Assembly: GCF_033153115.1 (NCBI RefSeq)
Contig: NW_026889778.1
Location: forward strand, 35,216,001-35,280,000
Direction: 5' to 3'
Origin: Saccostrea echinata
Taxonomy: Eukaryota
Length of the DNA: 64,000 nucleotides
Positions 55,001 through 62,397 of this stretch are shown here, piece after piece (positions within the stretch are counted from its first letter, which is position 1; each line of letters opens with the position of its first letter). Below the pieces are notes generated by a model that saw only the letters and a program-made list of their open reading frames with translations, did no database searches and had not been told where the DNA came from. Both the position numbers and the translations under genes were made by a program.

Positions 55001-58000
55001 ACTGTGGTTTCTGACTTCTTGCTCGTTTCTACGATGTTGACACTTGTTGATTTGGTGGGCTCGTCTTTGTCCCTCGTTAGTTTCATGTCGCATATACTTG
55101 TGTGGTGTTTTTTCTGACACTTTTTACACCTGTTGCGGGATTTACAATCTGAGGCGCGGTGGTTTCCCAAGTAGTTGAAACATAATTTCTTCCGTTTTAA
55201 GATGTCGAATCTTGCACTTACGTCTGGAAAATGATTCTCTGTGCAACAATAAATGTATGGGCGGCTCTTCATCTCTGTTGTTTCAACATAAGGAGTTAAC
55301 TCTCTTGTTTTCTGATTACATGAATAATGAACGTTGTGTTGTTTCTTTGAGGCTCCAGTAAGAAACATTGCTGTTGCGTGAAATCCATCGCTGTTTTCAA
55401 TATGGCCTGATTCAAGGATTTTGACTTCTTTGCTGATAGCTTTACGAAGATTTTGTAGTGAAATGTTGTCACCATCGTACTCACGTGCAATGTTTTTCCT
55501 AATTTCAGTTGGTAGCTTGTTGATTATGATTGGAATAAGTAATGCTCCAAACATCTCTTGTCTTTGTCCTAGACACTCGAAGCTCCTGACACGAGATTCC
55601 AAGAAATCTCCATAATTTCTTAAACTAATGGCATCATTTCTGGGGCAGGAAGTTCGATGAGTGCTCTCATATGAGCGTTAATAATTTTCTGTGGCTGACC
55701 AAATCGTTCTTTGAGCAAGTCTATTGCCGTTTCGTAATTAGCATTTGTAAGCGCAAATCCTGCTATTGTTTGTGCTGTTGTGTAGCGTAATTGAGCTTTG
55801 AGATAGCTAAACTTTTGAATTGGCGTCAAAGTATGATTGCAATGAATCGTTGATTCGTAAGAATCCCAAAATGTATTCCATTCTAATACATCTCCGTAAA
55901 AATGCGGAAGATCTAACTTTGGTAATCGGTGATTATTCGTGGCGTGTTGGGATGTTAATAACAAAACATTTTCCTGGCTACTTTGTGCATTGAGATCAGA
56001 GACAGGATAATTGTTCAAAATATTCTCACAAGCCGTTTCACTTGAGTTAATTGTAGCTGACGTGTTAACGTTATTAGCATGAATATCTGTGGTGGGTATA
56101 AAACACTCGGTATTGGCATTCAAAGTTTTACATGGAATTTTTTCTGTAAATTTCTCAGTTTGCCTAATTTTACAGTCTAATTCATACATGTACTCATCTG
56201 TATTTGCGATTTCTGTTTCGATATCCTCTTCAGATAGAGTATTCAATATGCAGTCGTTCAATTCTTGTCTGCCTTTTCAGCGCGAGAGACTTTCTAATTA
56301 TGTTGATTTCGTCGGTAATTTCTTCACTGGCTGGATTTTCCTTCAAGTCCAAAATTTTCCTTCAAGTCCAAAAACCGTCCAAATAGCTTTGTAACTGCTG
56401 ACCTGTTGCCGGCTCGAATAGCTTTTAGTCTTCCTTCCATTGTATGTACTACGTAGAATTCCGTCGTTCAAGGCACCAAAATGTTGTGGAATGAAATAAA
56501 ATCGTATAGTGGTTTATTTGAGACTTGTTGTGATCTATAGAAACGTAACGTAAAGTATTATGACGTCACAACAAAGTTAACCTTACATAAACTCGCGGAT
56601 AATCCATGACACTCCGGGAACCAAAATGTTGTGGAATGAAATAAAAGACGTCTTAATCGTATAGTGGTTTATTTGAGACTTGTTGTTATCTATAGAAACG
56701 TAACGTAAAGTATCATGACGTCACAACAAAGTTAACCTTACATAAACTCGCGGATAATCCATGACAATCTTGATTCCCCGTTTTATCATGAAATCTAGTT
56801 TTAAGTCCATAAATTAAGGATAGGCTTAAGTCAAGATTTCAAAGCAATGTAATGATAAAATTTTTATGGTGTTTATATTTAGATATTGAAAAAACTTGCA
56901 ATTTTTAAAACACGTACATGTATGTGAAATAAATATCGAGATTCTAAAAAATCAAGTTTTTGACTTAAGTTTATTATCAATTTATGGTCTTGAAGCCCGA
57001 GGTGTAATTTTGCAATCTTTAGAATGAAATATGAAGATAACGAGCAGTAATCAATTTAGAAAGTCCATTGAAACAATACAAATTTGGAGCAAAGCAACAC
57101 GGATCTCTAAAAATCATCAGGGGTGGGATCACCTACCATTGAGAAGTAAGCATCCCCTGTCGACCGGTCACACCCGTCGTGTGCTCATTGTCATGATTGG
57201 GCAAACTGAAAAATCTGTAGACAATTTAATGTTTAAATATTGGCCTATCAATGATAATGAAAATCGTCAGTCAGCATTCGACTTAATGATAGACTGTATT
57301 TTCTGACAAGGTAACTGTATTGATCATAGAGCTTGCAAAATGATCATGATGAATTTAAACTAGATTGTTCGTACGTGGAGCATGCTCTTGCGTATCGAAT
57401 CAACTTGCAGATATAAACCCTATATATGCAGGTGACATGGGTATATTGCTTCATAAGTAAGGGAAGTTGACAGTGGAAAAGTTGAAGTCATCACCTTTAT
57501 CATAAAGAATCCCATTTTTTGTTGAAGAATGGAAAACTCTTACATGCCAAGTACCTCTGCTATATATACAACTTACCATCATGTTCATGTTGTGCTTATG
57601 TACCCAGTCTTTAGGGTAGAGCCAGCTCTGATTGTCCTGATAGGGACGAGATTCCACAACCTTTACTTCTTCATTATTGATGTACCAATGGGTATCGTAC
57701 CAGTAAGGGTCCCCAGGGGGTTCTGCAAACAGGCACTTAAAAACCGCCGCTATAGGTCCAGTGTCAACTTTTCGAGTAATGTATTCTAATGATACATTTA
57801 CTCTAGGCTTCGTATTCACTGGAGTATATGCTAAAATAAGAAAAGGTTTATTGTATTTCGGACACTTACAGTGAAATATTGTATTTTATCCAACGAAAGA
57901 GATTGATGGTCTCACAAACGTTATTTTCATAGTGTGAAAATTACAAACGTGTAATTTTCACGCTGTGAAAATAAGTTTGCGACAACAGCTCTTTATTTTT

Positions 58001-58591
58001 TACATTCATGGAAAGTGTTAAAAAAAATACATGGAATTGATAGCGAAAGTAAAAAACTATCCTGACATTGATTTGAACAGCTAAAGTTTCTCCAGATTGT
58101 TTCTTAACGTCAATGTTTATAATTTTCAATCTCTAAAAGACATAAAAATAACATCATAGCTACAGCACAGTGTTAGGAAGAAAGAGCTTGTAAGACTAGT
58201 AAAATGTGAAAAAGAAAAACGAAAGAAAAAATTAGACAATTCAATGTATTAAAGTTGGATATGGAATGTTTTCACTCCATATGCAGAATTTCTTTTGTAT
58301 TTTAACTCATACTTCGCATTTGTGAATATATACAATGTACATTAAAATATGTCCAATAAGTGAAAAAATGAGATTTCTAATTGCAAATCCTCTAATCACT
58401 AAGGAAACATTTCACTATTCCTGTATAATTCGTTTAAAAAAAGTCCTCATTTTAAAAACTGAATAAAAAATTGAATATGTTTTAAAAGCATAATTACCAG
58501 AGGCATCCTGAATTTTACAGAGATTACTTACTCTGACAAGGTGTGAAGAAAGTAAGAGACGTCTGTCCTGCTGGACACAAGTATTCCTCTC
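1818..58591 (-). CDS. VWDE: Multi-exon gene for a von Willebrand factor D and EGF domain-containing (VWDE-like) protein; 5' start and 3' end not resolved
   Basis: Exons with GT-AG boundaries and matching phases: 58532-58591, 57577-57830, 47103-47189, 45118-45501, 44099-44248, 43152-43370, 41396-41598, 9412-9769, 7314-7469, 4682-4865, 4271-4455, <2842-3081, possibly 1818-1887. Translation has VWD motifs ([28 protein letters not shown]) and an EGF-like [27 protein letters not shown]. Confidence 0.85.
2842..3081 (-). CDS. VWDE-like exon, 3' end lost in N gap (ITDIGRLIS...YNDDCFSCN)
   Basis: Polypyrimidine ttcag acceptor at 3082; open frame runs into gap 2705-2841. Confidence 0.8.
4271..4455 (-). 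CDS. VWDE-like exon ([15 protein letters not shown]...KYFL)
   Basis: Within ORF 4226..4465; phase 1-0. Confidence 0.85.
4682..4865 (-). CDS. VWDE-like exon (DAGTKEFL...[13 protein letters not shown])
   Basis: 184 bp, phase 0-1; first half of an EGF-like module. Confidence 0.85.
5355..6040 (+). mobile_element. tRNA-derived SINE body interrupted by a roughly 500-bp MITE-like insertion (about 5493-5994)
   Basis: Matches copies at 12392-12700 and 60510-60740; the insertion splits ccctcactgctcaat|gtgctgagta and has imperfect TIRs acccaagtcac / gtgccctaggt. Confidence 0.6.
7314..7469 (-). CDS. VWDE-like exon ([19 protein letters not shown]...CILDIR)
   Basis: Within ORF 7302..7511; 156 bp, phase 0-0. 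Confidence 0.85.
9412..9769 (-). CDS. VWDE-like exon (VNNTDESLF...YCDC...RDKR...YIPP)
   Basis: Within ORF 9355..9798; phase-2 tttcag acceptor matches the donor at 41395; donor is at 9411 or 9408. Confidence 0.8.
12060..12290 (-). mobile_element. Penelope-like element 3' fragment
   Basis: Reverse complement of 15465-15650 (gacaaggagcacacggcgggtgtgaccggtc). Confidence 0.7.
12392..12700 (-). mobile_element. tRNA-derived SINE with (TCAA)n tail
   Basis: B-box-like GTTCGAATC near the 5' end, shared body, gattgattgattga tail; ggaaagttttccgtcg / gagatttccgtcg flanks suggest a TSD. Confidence 0.75.
13975..16285. repeat. Degenerate tandem array of about 60/120-bp units (aatattttgaacccc...ggggtcaatattt)
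   Basis: Recurrent self-complementary units; interrupted by a Penelope fragment. Confidence 0.75.
14945..15710 (+). mobile_element. Penelope-like retroelement fragment (decayed RT C-terminus and 3' region)
   Basis: Broken translation [12 protein letters not shown]...[22 protein letters not shown]; YDKRDDFxFxIVNFP is a Penelope-like RT motif. Confidence 0.75.
16740..22026 (-). mobile_element. RTEX-clade non-LTR retrotransposon, probably 5'-truncated inside ORF1
   Basis: SGNH ORF1 plus APE-RT-CCHC ORF2; 3' end aataaaatcttatcttatcttatc microsatellite tail; possible TSD GTACA. Confidence 0.8.
17028..20612 (-). CDS. LINE ORF2: AP endonuclease + reverse transcriptase + C-terminal CCHC zinc finger, uninterrupted 1194 aa
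   Basis: WNV, ETH, GDFNAR, VVDY, SDCH (APE); [28 protein letters not shown] (RT); CKMC...H...C. Confidence 0.95.
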   Translation of the reverse strand: MSRAETHLNICTWNVGGMITEGINKCTDNKFIDQIKNFDIVLLTETHIGYNTTIEVDNFSYYPVCRDKSNNNRYFGGLGILIKKNIRKGILVLQNTNTEFQWLKLKREFFHFKTDIYLCVVYIPPHTSGYFKNNIDILELLERDIIKYRDMGDIILTGDFNARTGNEPDYIKGDNTSHIPITKDFYSVDIAVGDRHNRDITVDSRGKDLLEICIANKMRIVNGRIFGDSYGKFTCHNYAGSSVVDYFIVSEQLLEDIMYFHVYDFLPFSDCHCKISLKILSSFTREINNDNLQEMPIRYKWNSSLVSHYQNFFTHPIIQQDIKSFLDKDIQMNEKEINEATNDIHNIFDKVAKLSLNKKVHKNINKVNKKWFDSDLWKMKKQLAEKAVLMSKFPNNPFIRGSYFKAKKVYTKLTKYKKRQFVQNIFDKLDQLNKNNPKEYWNLVSSIREVKEGNKEKNEKCIEPDIWHSYFSTLFKLPNGHSERLQIIQNKIKELENKPNLLSFSKLDFKISLKELQKSLSSLKSGKSPGLDNVTNEMLRVAQIYMNPCILKLFNKVFTSGIYPKKWVEGYITPIFKSENPQLPRNYRGITITNSIGKLFNIILNNRLDNFLSENNIIHESQIGFSKKARTSDHLFVMKCLIDKYTNKGSKRLYACFVDFHKAFDTIIHEGIKLKLLQLNINGLFYKIICSMYKYSYISIKIDNKLTQPFSPELGVRQGDVLSPNIFKIFLNDLSNLLNKDIVNSVSLFNKQIGALLYADDLVLLSDNQLSLQQKLDMLYKYCKEWCLEINVNKTKIIIFNRSGHLIKEKFSINGINIECVKTYKYLGIILSNSGSFKEARSHLYNKALKSSFKIYKDIKSTDPPIKTLLHLFDHMIKPIATYGSEIWGVLSTSMQRKDKCLYETFKDWEIENLHMKFCKFIIGSGKKSTNIAVLSELGRQPIFYSIIIAIISYWHRLENMPENSLLYNAYKESMILDSCNINSWFSNVTYLCKKMGILWSRCKSMKLITLKKQLKKIIRKDFLQYWFIKREEGCLSGKLTTYFFVKRSFEIEKYLFLKNFEQRKIICKFRISAHNLRIESGRYEKNVNTKGQQTTLARNERICKMCDMNCVEDEIHSLVECPLYKHDRHEFFENIAKNNKKFYCLTNKEKFLWIMSNENDILLIKLGNFLINIFKIRNSELYNVKKNQINAKE
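20788..22032 (-). CDS. LINE ORF1: coiled coil + SGNH/GDSL esterase-like domain
   Basis: IGTSN (block I), HTLTN (block III), DGVH (block V); directly upstream of ORF2. Confidence 0.85.
   Translation of the reverse strand: MYNAQHVYETKLKKEMSEIKDDMTSLKTIVQNGDMKKKSNVSESHCEKLEQENRGLCEKIRMLENKIKLLEDTCKYKDEKQSHEATKSRMNHYIEEIKKEEEYLTARMDTKTQEIYELERAVQTYKKIINNKEEELYSMKLHAGSVLDTNAGKFMMVDKTTQSPNNTRAINTDREVNPPSSVRDKKPSILMIGTSNLKYIDPQRWTQYTTEKETAYTVESAIETVTKYEPKTQPNAIVLHTLTNEIKSQTNAEGCAQKMLTLAEKTTKKFPQSTLIISLETPRKDCVERNNKVELVNVILKQKFRDDEKIILCENNNFAINGKPISKFIEPDGVHLSKEGAAVLGSNIKKAIDKACNYTRLPTYKGPNSSHLYRNAPYTGSYPHRPFWKPNWHVNPNQSNRWKDTQPYRGRIRH
23681..24152. repeat. Left subterminal array of 21-22-bp palindromes AAAAGGCGTTATTACGCCTTTT
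   Basis: Roughly 20 tandem units without unique spacers. Confidence 0.95.
24205..25047 (+). CDS. Integrase-core DDE transposase, exon 1; downstream exon not found
   Basis: [36 protein letters not shown]; likely donor ATTCAG|gtatta, after which the ORF becomes intron-like up to 25188. Confidence 0.85.
25655..27270. mobile_element. Stack of three Crypton-like hairpin elements (two inserted in a third at about 25795-26602 and 26760-27206)
   Basis: Hairpins centred on cctcggctgcgcctcgg, gaggccgctacgcggcctc and ggccgttaggccg; ttatacc...ggtataa inverted ends; no obvious TSD. Confidence 0.55.
28720..29150. repeat. Array of about 21-bp palindromes GTGATATCACCTATTCGAATAG, probably a MITE remnant ending ggcacctcata
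   Basis: About 15 degenerate tandem units. Confidence 0.8.
30116..30190 (-). CDS. First exon of the second, convergent gene of the IS3EU-type element ([25 protein letters not shown])
   Basis: ATG to a perfect gtaagt donor, 25 codons, positioned just inside the right repeat array. Confidence 0.55.
30260..31755. repeat. Right subterminal AAGGCGTAATAACGCCTT array, split (30260-30420 and 31268-31755) by later insertions
   Basis: Reverse complement of the left array; a CAGGCCCG...CCGGCCTG MITE (about 30432-30735) lies between the two parts. Confidence 0.85.
33632..34285. mobile_element. Mariner/pogo-type MITE with a rearranged right end
   Basis: TA|CCGTATATACTCGCCTATAAGTCGG ... CCGACTTATAGGCGAGTATATA[insert]CGG|TA. 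Confidence 0.75.
34930..35090. repeat. Crypton-like hairpin (gaaattgacacccctcggaaaa...ttttccgaggggtgtcaatttc)
   Basis: Long imperfect palindrome related to 25670-25780 and 34390-34530. Confidence 0.6.
36201..37710 (-). mobile_element. Tc1 transposon, defective
   Basis: TIRs tactcttcaaaaacagaaacgcataa / ttatgcgtttct(t)ngaag around a transposase. Confidence 0.85.
36388..37366 (-). pseudogene. Tc1 DD34E-type transposase with frameshift
   Basis: [21 protein letters not shown] in ORF 36554..37366; [10 protein letters not shown] in another frame (36388..36582). Confidence 0.9.
37722..37895 (+). mobile_element. Penelope-like 3' fragment
   Basis: Similar to 15545-15700 (cacggcgggtgttactggtc...cctgatcccacct). 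Confidence 0.6.
41396..41598 (-). CDS. VWDE-like exon, end of VWD domain ([14 protein letters not shown]...QRSW)
   Basis: 203 bp, phase 0-2, cattag acceptor, gtacgt donor; GLCGN VWD motif. Confidence 0.9.
42992..43072. repeat. (AT)n / (ATGT)n microsatellite
   Basis: Direct reading. Confidence 0.95.
43152..43370 (-). CDS. VWDE-like exon, VWD domain (VHALFSSC...CGCGIAV...NRTWTT)
   Basis: Within ORF 43095..43361; ttag acceptor, gtaagt donor, 219 bp. Confidence 0.9.
43554..44091. mobile_element. MITE with an internal ACTATAGTGA/AACTTTGA minisatellite
   Basis: TIRs ctaacaaaaaatactata / tatagtatttttttgttag, TA on both flanks. Confidence 0.7.
44099..44248 (-). CDS. VWDE-like exon, start of VWD domain ([15 protein letters not shown])
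   Basis: 150 bp, acacag acceptor, gtacgt donor; DPxxxTFDG VWD signature. Confidence 0.9.
45118..45501 (-). CDS. VWDE-like exon ([11 protein letters not shown]...MPNIK)
   Basis: Within ORF 45094..45558; caacag acceptor, gtaaaa donor, 384 bp, phase 0-0. Confidence 0.85.
45760..46905 (+). mobile_element. Decayed Helentron-type (HINE) element with Cg170-like remnants
   Basis: aatttacaatttt motifs and a degenerate terminal hairpin similar to 49430-51445. Confidence 0.45.
47103..47189 (-). CDS. VWDE-like exon ([29 protein letters not shown])
   Basis: 87 bp, aag acceptor, gtgagt donor, phase 0-0; missed by the ORF track. Confidence 0.8.
47772..48794 (+). mobile_element. Helentron-type non-autonomous element (HINE-like)
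   Basis: 5' aggtctttccacc repeated in the 3' hairpin taggtctttccacagaaaggtggaaagaccta, preceded by (AAT)n; internal duplicated gaccttga blocks. Confidence 0.65.
49109..49333. mobile_element. Short mariner-type MITE
   Basis: TA|CCGTATTAG...TTAGCGAG and CTCGCTAA...TATACGG|TA. Confidence 0.65.
49430..51445 (+). mobile_element. Helentron-type HINE containing a Cg170-like array of about 166-bp units (about 49950-51330)
   Basis: 5' ggtcacctgagt, 3' (GACG) microsatellite and hairpin cctgagtgactcaggtgaccta; about 7 units with ccatgaatttcacaattttgg...catcataac...gagaaga. Confidence 0.85.
54200..54954 (-). pseudogene. Captured intronless coiled-coil segment resembling CCDC150, fused in frame to gag
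   Basis: [11 protein letters not shown]...SLQSRY...[11 protein letters not shown]...EAEEKE resembles recalled CCDC150 motifs (KNKLAYENGKL, TVKCRNAALKE). Confidence 0.6.
54955..56440 (-). pseudogene. BEL/Pao gag (DUF1759-type domain and zinc knuckles), disrupted
   Basis: [19 protein letters not shown] start; [43 protein letters not shown]; [22 protein letters not shown]; split over several frames. Confidence 0.85.
57020..57505 (-). mobile_element. Penelope-like fragment
   Basis: [18 protein letters not shown] and shared 3' sequence with 14945-15710. Confidence 0.7.
57577..57830 (-). CDS. VWDE-like exon ([10 protein letters not shown]...HNMNMM)
   Basis: Within ORF 57451..57819; ttttag acceptor, gtaagt donor, phase 1-0. 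Confidence 0.85.
58532..58591 (-). CDS. VWDE-like exon ([20 protein letters not shown])
   Basis: ttttag acceptor, gtaagt donor, 60 bp, phase 1-1; CPxGxxSxTxFxPC motif seen upstream of VWD regions in this family. Confidence 0.75.
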
Positions 58592-58674
58592 CTAAAATAT
58601 AATTTTATCTGAACAGCTTAAACATGCAGAGCACATAACATAGGGATATGAAGAAAACTAATATTCACAGCATA

Positions 58675-58760
58675 CCGTCACTCTATTAGTATAGAGCGCT
58701 CGCTCTGTGATCGGAAGATCTTGGGTTCAAACCCTGGTCTCGACTGACCTAAGTCGATTA
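58675..58760 (+). mobile_element. tRNA-like SINE head (degenerate A and B boxes)
   Basis: tagtatagagcgctcgct...gggttcaaaccc...gacctaagtcg matches the head of the SINE at 12640-12700. Confidence 0.5.
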
Positions 58761-60504
58761 AAAATCAAAGTACTGACAGTACTGAAAAGCACTAAGCTAA
58801 GTTAGATAATAGAAGTCTGATGAATACAAACTTGATAATGATGCCCATTTTCAGAAATAGTCATAGATCTACTTACATAAACTTGTTGGGAATCTAATGC
58901 AGATCTAAGATGTTTCAAAATGTTAATTTTTTTAAGTTTAATTTATTTAATAATTACTAAAGGAACATGATTCCAGTTGATCACGATCCTTGGAGCATGA
59001 ATATGCAAGCAACTCATGTAATTTGTTTCTATCGCGCTTAATCATATTTCTATCGATACTGTACGTAGAAGTGATGACAAAAAATAAATACTAGTACATT
59101 AGTACATTCTGACAGGCGTATTGCTTTGTCACGCCGGTATTTATGTATACCCACTCCTTTCTTGATGGCATCCATGTAAACTTATGAACAAGGTAATACG
59201 TATACTTTTTAAGTTCTTTACGTCATAAGAAGTGATTTTTGTCACATGAACAACCATCCAAATATATACTTGAATATTGTTCCCGAAAATTAACTTCTTC
59301 ATTTCCTATGTGTTCTTGAAAAGTAAAGTCGCTTCAAATGTCAAATTTACAAATTAGAATGCCTCTTTCATTGTGGGAGGTTCTTCTTGTCGATAGAAAA
59401 CAAAAGTTTGGGCAACCAGCCATACACAATTTTTTTAACTAAATACTTCAAATCGTCAATTTATGAGCCTTGGCATAGTAGCGTACATATTTTCTATCAC
59501 CTAATCAAGTATCTGGTATATTAAATCAAGATTGAAGGGGAGGGGATTTATTATACCTACGTGTAGAGGTACAAATGTCAATCAAGATTTTAACTCTTTG
59601 TTTTACAACTTCTACTACATCATGTTTTTACAAGCACTATCTTCATTAAGTGTTGAGTGCAACATGCAGCAAGCAACAGTAGTCCCTACAATTTATCGTG
59701 ACTTTTAGAAAACAAGTCGGGAATGTATTCTTTTTTTAAATATAAAATTTATATTATATATAACGTATTCAGTATTAGTCAACGTATAATTTATAAACGT
59801 TCTATATAAAGCACAGAAGCTTGCGTCTATAGTTTGCCGAAAAAAATGAGGTAAACCATTCCTGTAGACATTACAGAAACATATACAGTGTTTTCCGTAA
59901 ATAGCTTCATAGGGTTTTTAAGACATGTTGCACAAATAATACTGGTAAATTACATATTGGATTTTAATCAAACTCGACCTATTCTTCTTTTCTCTTGAAT
60001 ATTCAAAGGTTTATTGAATGAATAATAATGAACAAATTAACCTCTAGTTACATGAGTTACTTGTTTCGAATTTCCGTCCATACACTGTTACATGAATCTA
60101 TACATATGTATGTAAGTAAATCTAATCAGTTTTACGCTGCACTTTTTCAGGAATAAACAATGTCTTCTGTTATAATTATATCCGCTTAGCCTTAAGTCAC
60201 TGGTCTTTAGGATTTCGAGTTTTGGACATGTCAAAGTCTGGAAATAGCATACCCCACACTGTGATAATGTTTCACATTGTTAAAAGAAGAAGTGCGAGGA
60301 ACTTTTCTGGTCTTCACCGCTAAATCCATCATAAAATTGCACAGCGCTAGATCACTTCAGCGTTGCTATTTTTAGAAAATGCACAAATCGGAATATTTGA
60401 GTCGCTATGTTTAGAATAACATCATGCCGATAGGGGTCGTTGATTGGATGACTTTCTGTACATGAAGACTCCCTAATAAAGCGCTTGCGCATGCGCTTAA
60501 AAAT

Positions 60505-60740
60505 TGGCAGCAACTGTTTCTTCGCCAAGCGCTTTGCTATCTGAATTGAAAGTCGCAGGTCCTTTGGATGAGACCTTAAAAACCGAGGCCTTGTGTCACG
60601 GCAGGCCATTGCACGATAAAGATCCCTCACTGCTCAATTTTCCTGAGTGCCGAGTAAATGTCTATTGAAGCCCTTCACCGGCACTTGAGTGAAAATTTCT
60701 CAAACTAGACATAAAACAACATTAAATCAATCAATCAATA
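60505..60740 (+). mobile_element. SINE body with (TCAA)n tail
   Basis: Reverse complement of 12392-12635. Confidence 0.75.
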
Positions 60741-60789
60741 TACAAATCACTAGAATGACCAACTACATGAACAATAGAAATTGTCGAAT

Positions 60790-62357
60790 TCTACTTCATC
60801 ACTGTCAAAGCCATTACGGAACCACATGAGATAGCGCTAGCTTATCAGACCTCAGTGCGCTTTCAGCTCTGCTTCAGTGTGGATGTGTTATCTTTACAAG
60901 AATATTACCGTTATCTTAGACTTTCCCGCGTTTTAAAGTGACCAAAGGATTAACTTTGTAAATAAGTATTACGGCTACTGGTCATGATGAGGATGCCCTA
61001 CTGGGGACTTCTGAAGATGAAACATCATCAGATTAAAAAAAACACCTTCATTGCATTGAAAACAATTCAAAGCACGATGGAATCTGTTGCCACTGGCATT
61101 AACAAAATGGGTGATGCATTTACTGCATTAGCAGCGGCAAACCCACAACAAAAGGTCACTGAGCAACCTTCCAACTTCAAGCGCTCTTTTGCAGAAATAG
61201 AGGAGGGAGAGACATCAGATGAATATGATGACATGGATGAAGTCAAAAGTCTGCTAAATTCAGCTACTAGTAAAAACTCACAATCATCAGAAAGTACATG
61301 TAAAGACTCAATTGGATCATGTAGTGGCTCGGTGCTGAAAGAAATGGATGCTTTACTTGAGGAGGATGATGATGTGGGGGCTTGCTGTGGCTGAAAAGTT
61401 GGCAAATATTACCAACAAAGCTTTTTCAAAGCAACATGCTATTAAAGTGTCAAGAAAAAGAAAGAAGTGCATAAAAGACCTTAGAATTGTGAAAAGGAGA
61501 TGGTTCCTAAAGTGAACAAAGAAATTTGGAGACAAATGAAGAAAAAAGGCTTTTCTAAGAAACGTGATTTGCGCCTAATGAACATTCAGAGTGCGATCAC
61601 GAAGAGTACATGTGCCATTTTAAGTGTTGCAGACAGTCTCCTGAAAATTGATGGAGAAAAACATGACAAAGATATTAGGAATTGTTTGGATGCAATTTAT
61701 TTGCTAGGACATGCGAATACAACTATGTCCATGCAAAGAAGAGAACTTCTAAGACCAGTGCTAAAGAGTGACTATGCTGGTCTGTGTGACAGTGGCACAC
61801 CAGTGACTTCTCTTCTTTTTGGAGATGATCTGCCAAAGTCACCGAAAGAAGCCAGGCAGATGGGAAATGTCGGTCGTATTTATCTGTCCAAAACGGAAGA
61901 TGATACGGATTCCATCAGAAACGGAAGAACAAATACTTCAAAAAGAAGATCCACAACAAGAAATACAAAAAGATTAGATACTAAAGAAAGTAGCTCCAAA
62001 GAACCTTATTTTGAGGTAAAGTTGCATGAAAAATTAGAATTTTGTTCTGTTGAGTTTTCGGAGTATGCAAAGAAAATAGTATCTAATGCTAAAAAACAGA
62101 TTCTACACTTTGAGGGTGGTAGAATAAAGCATTTTTGGGATCAATGGATAAAGCTTACTTCAGATCCTGAAATCCTTAAAATAATTACTGGTACTGAACT
62201 TGAATTTGCTAAACCTGTACAAAATAATATACTTAATCAATGTAGTTTTAACGAAAAATAAATAAGTGCTATTGACGCAGAAATACAAAAATTACTGGAC
62301 GAGAAAGTAATAGTAGAAAGTGAATATGAGAATTCATTTCACCCATATTCTTGAGGC

Positions 62358-62397
<40 letters not shown>

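Larger units (their letters stand above)
53940..56766 (-). mobile_element. Non-autonomous BEL/Pao LTR retrotransposon with three short LTRs
   Basis: TG...CA LTRs at 53940-54079, 56482-56611 and 56627-56766; 5-bp TSD ATCTT; PBS-like TGGTGCCTTGA at 56468-56478; BEL gag motifs. Confidence 0.9.

Noticed and set aside
57451-57576. Fusion of a host exon with Penelope RT in ORF 57451..57819
   Set aside because: A strong gtaagt donor at 57576 is in phase with the next exon, so the read-through into the Penelope fragment is incidental.
58675-58760. tRNA gene
   Set aside because: No complete cloverleaf; it continues into SINE-specific sequence.
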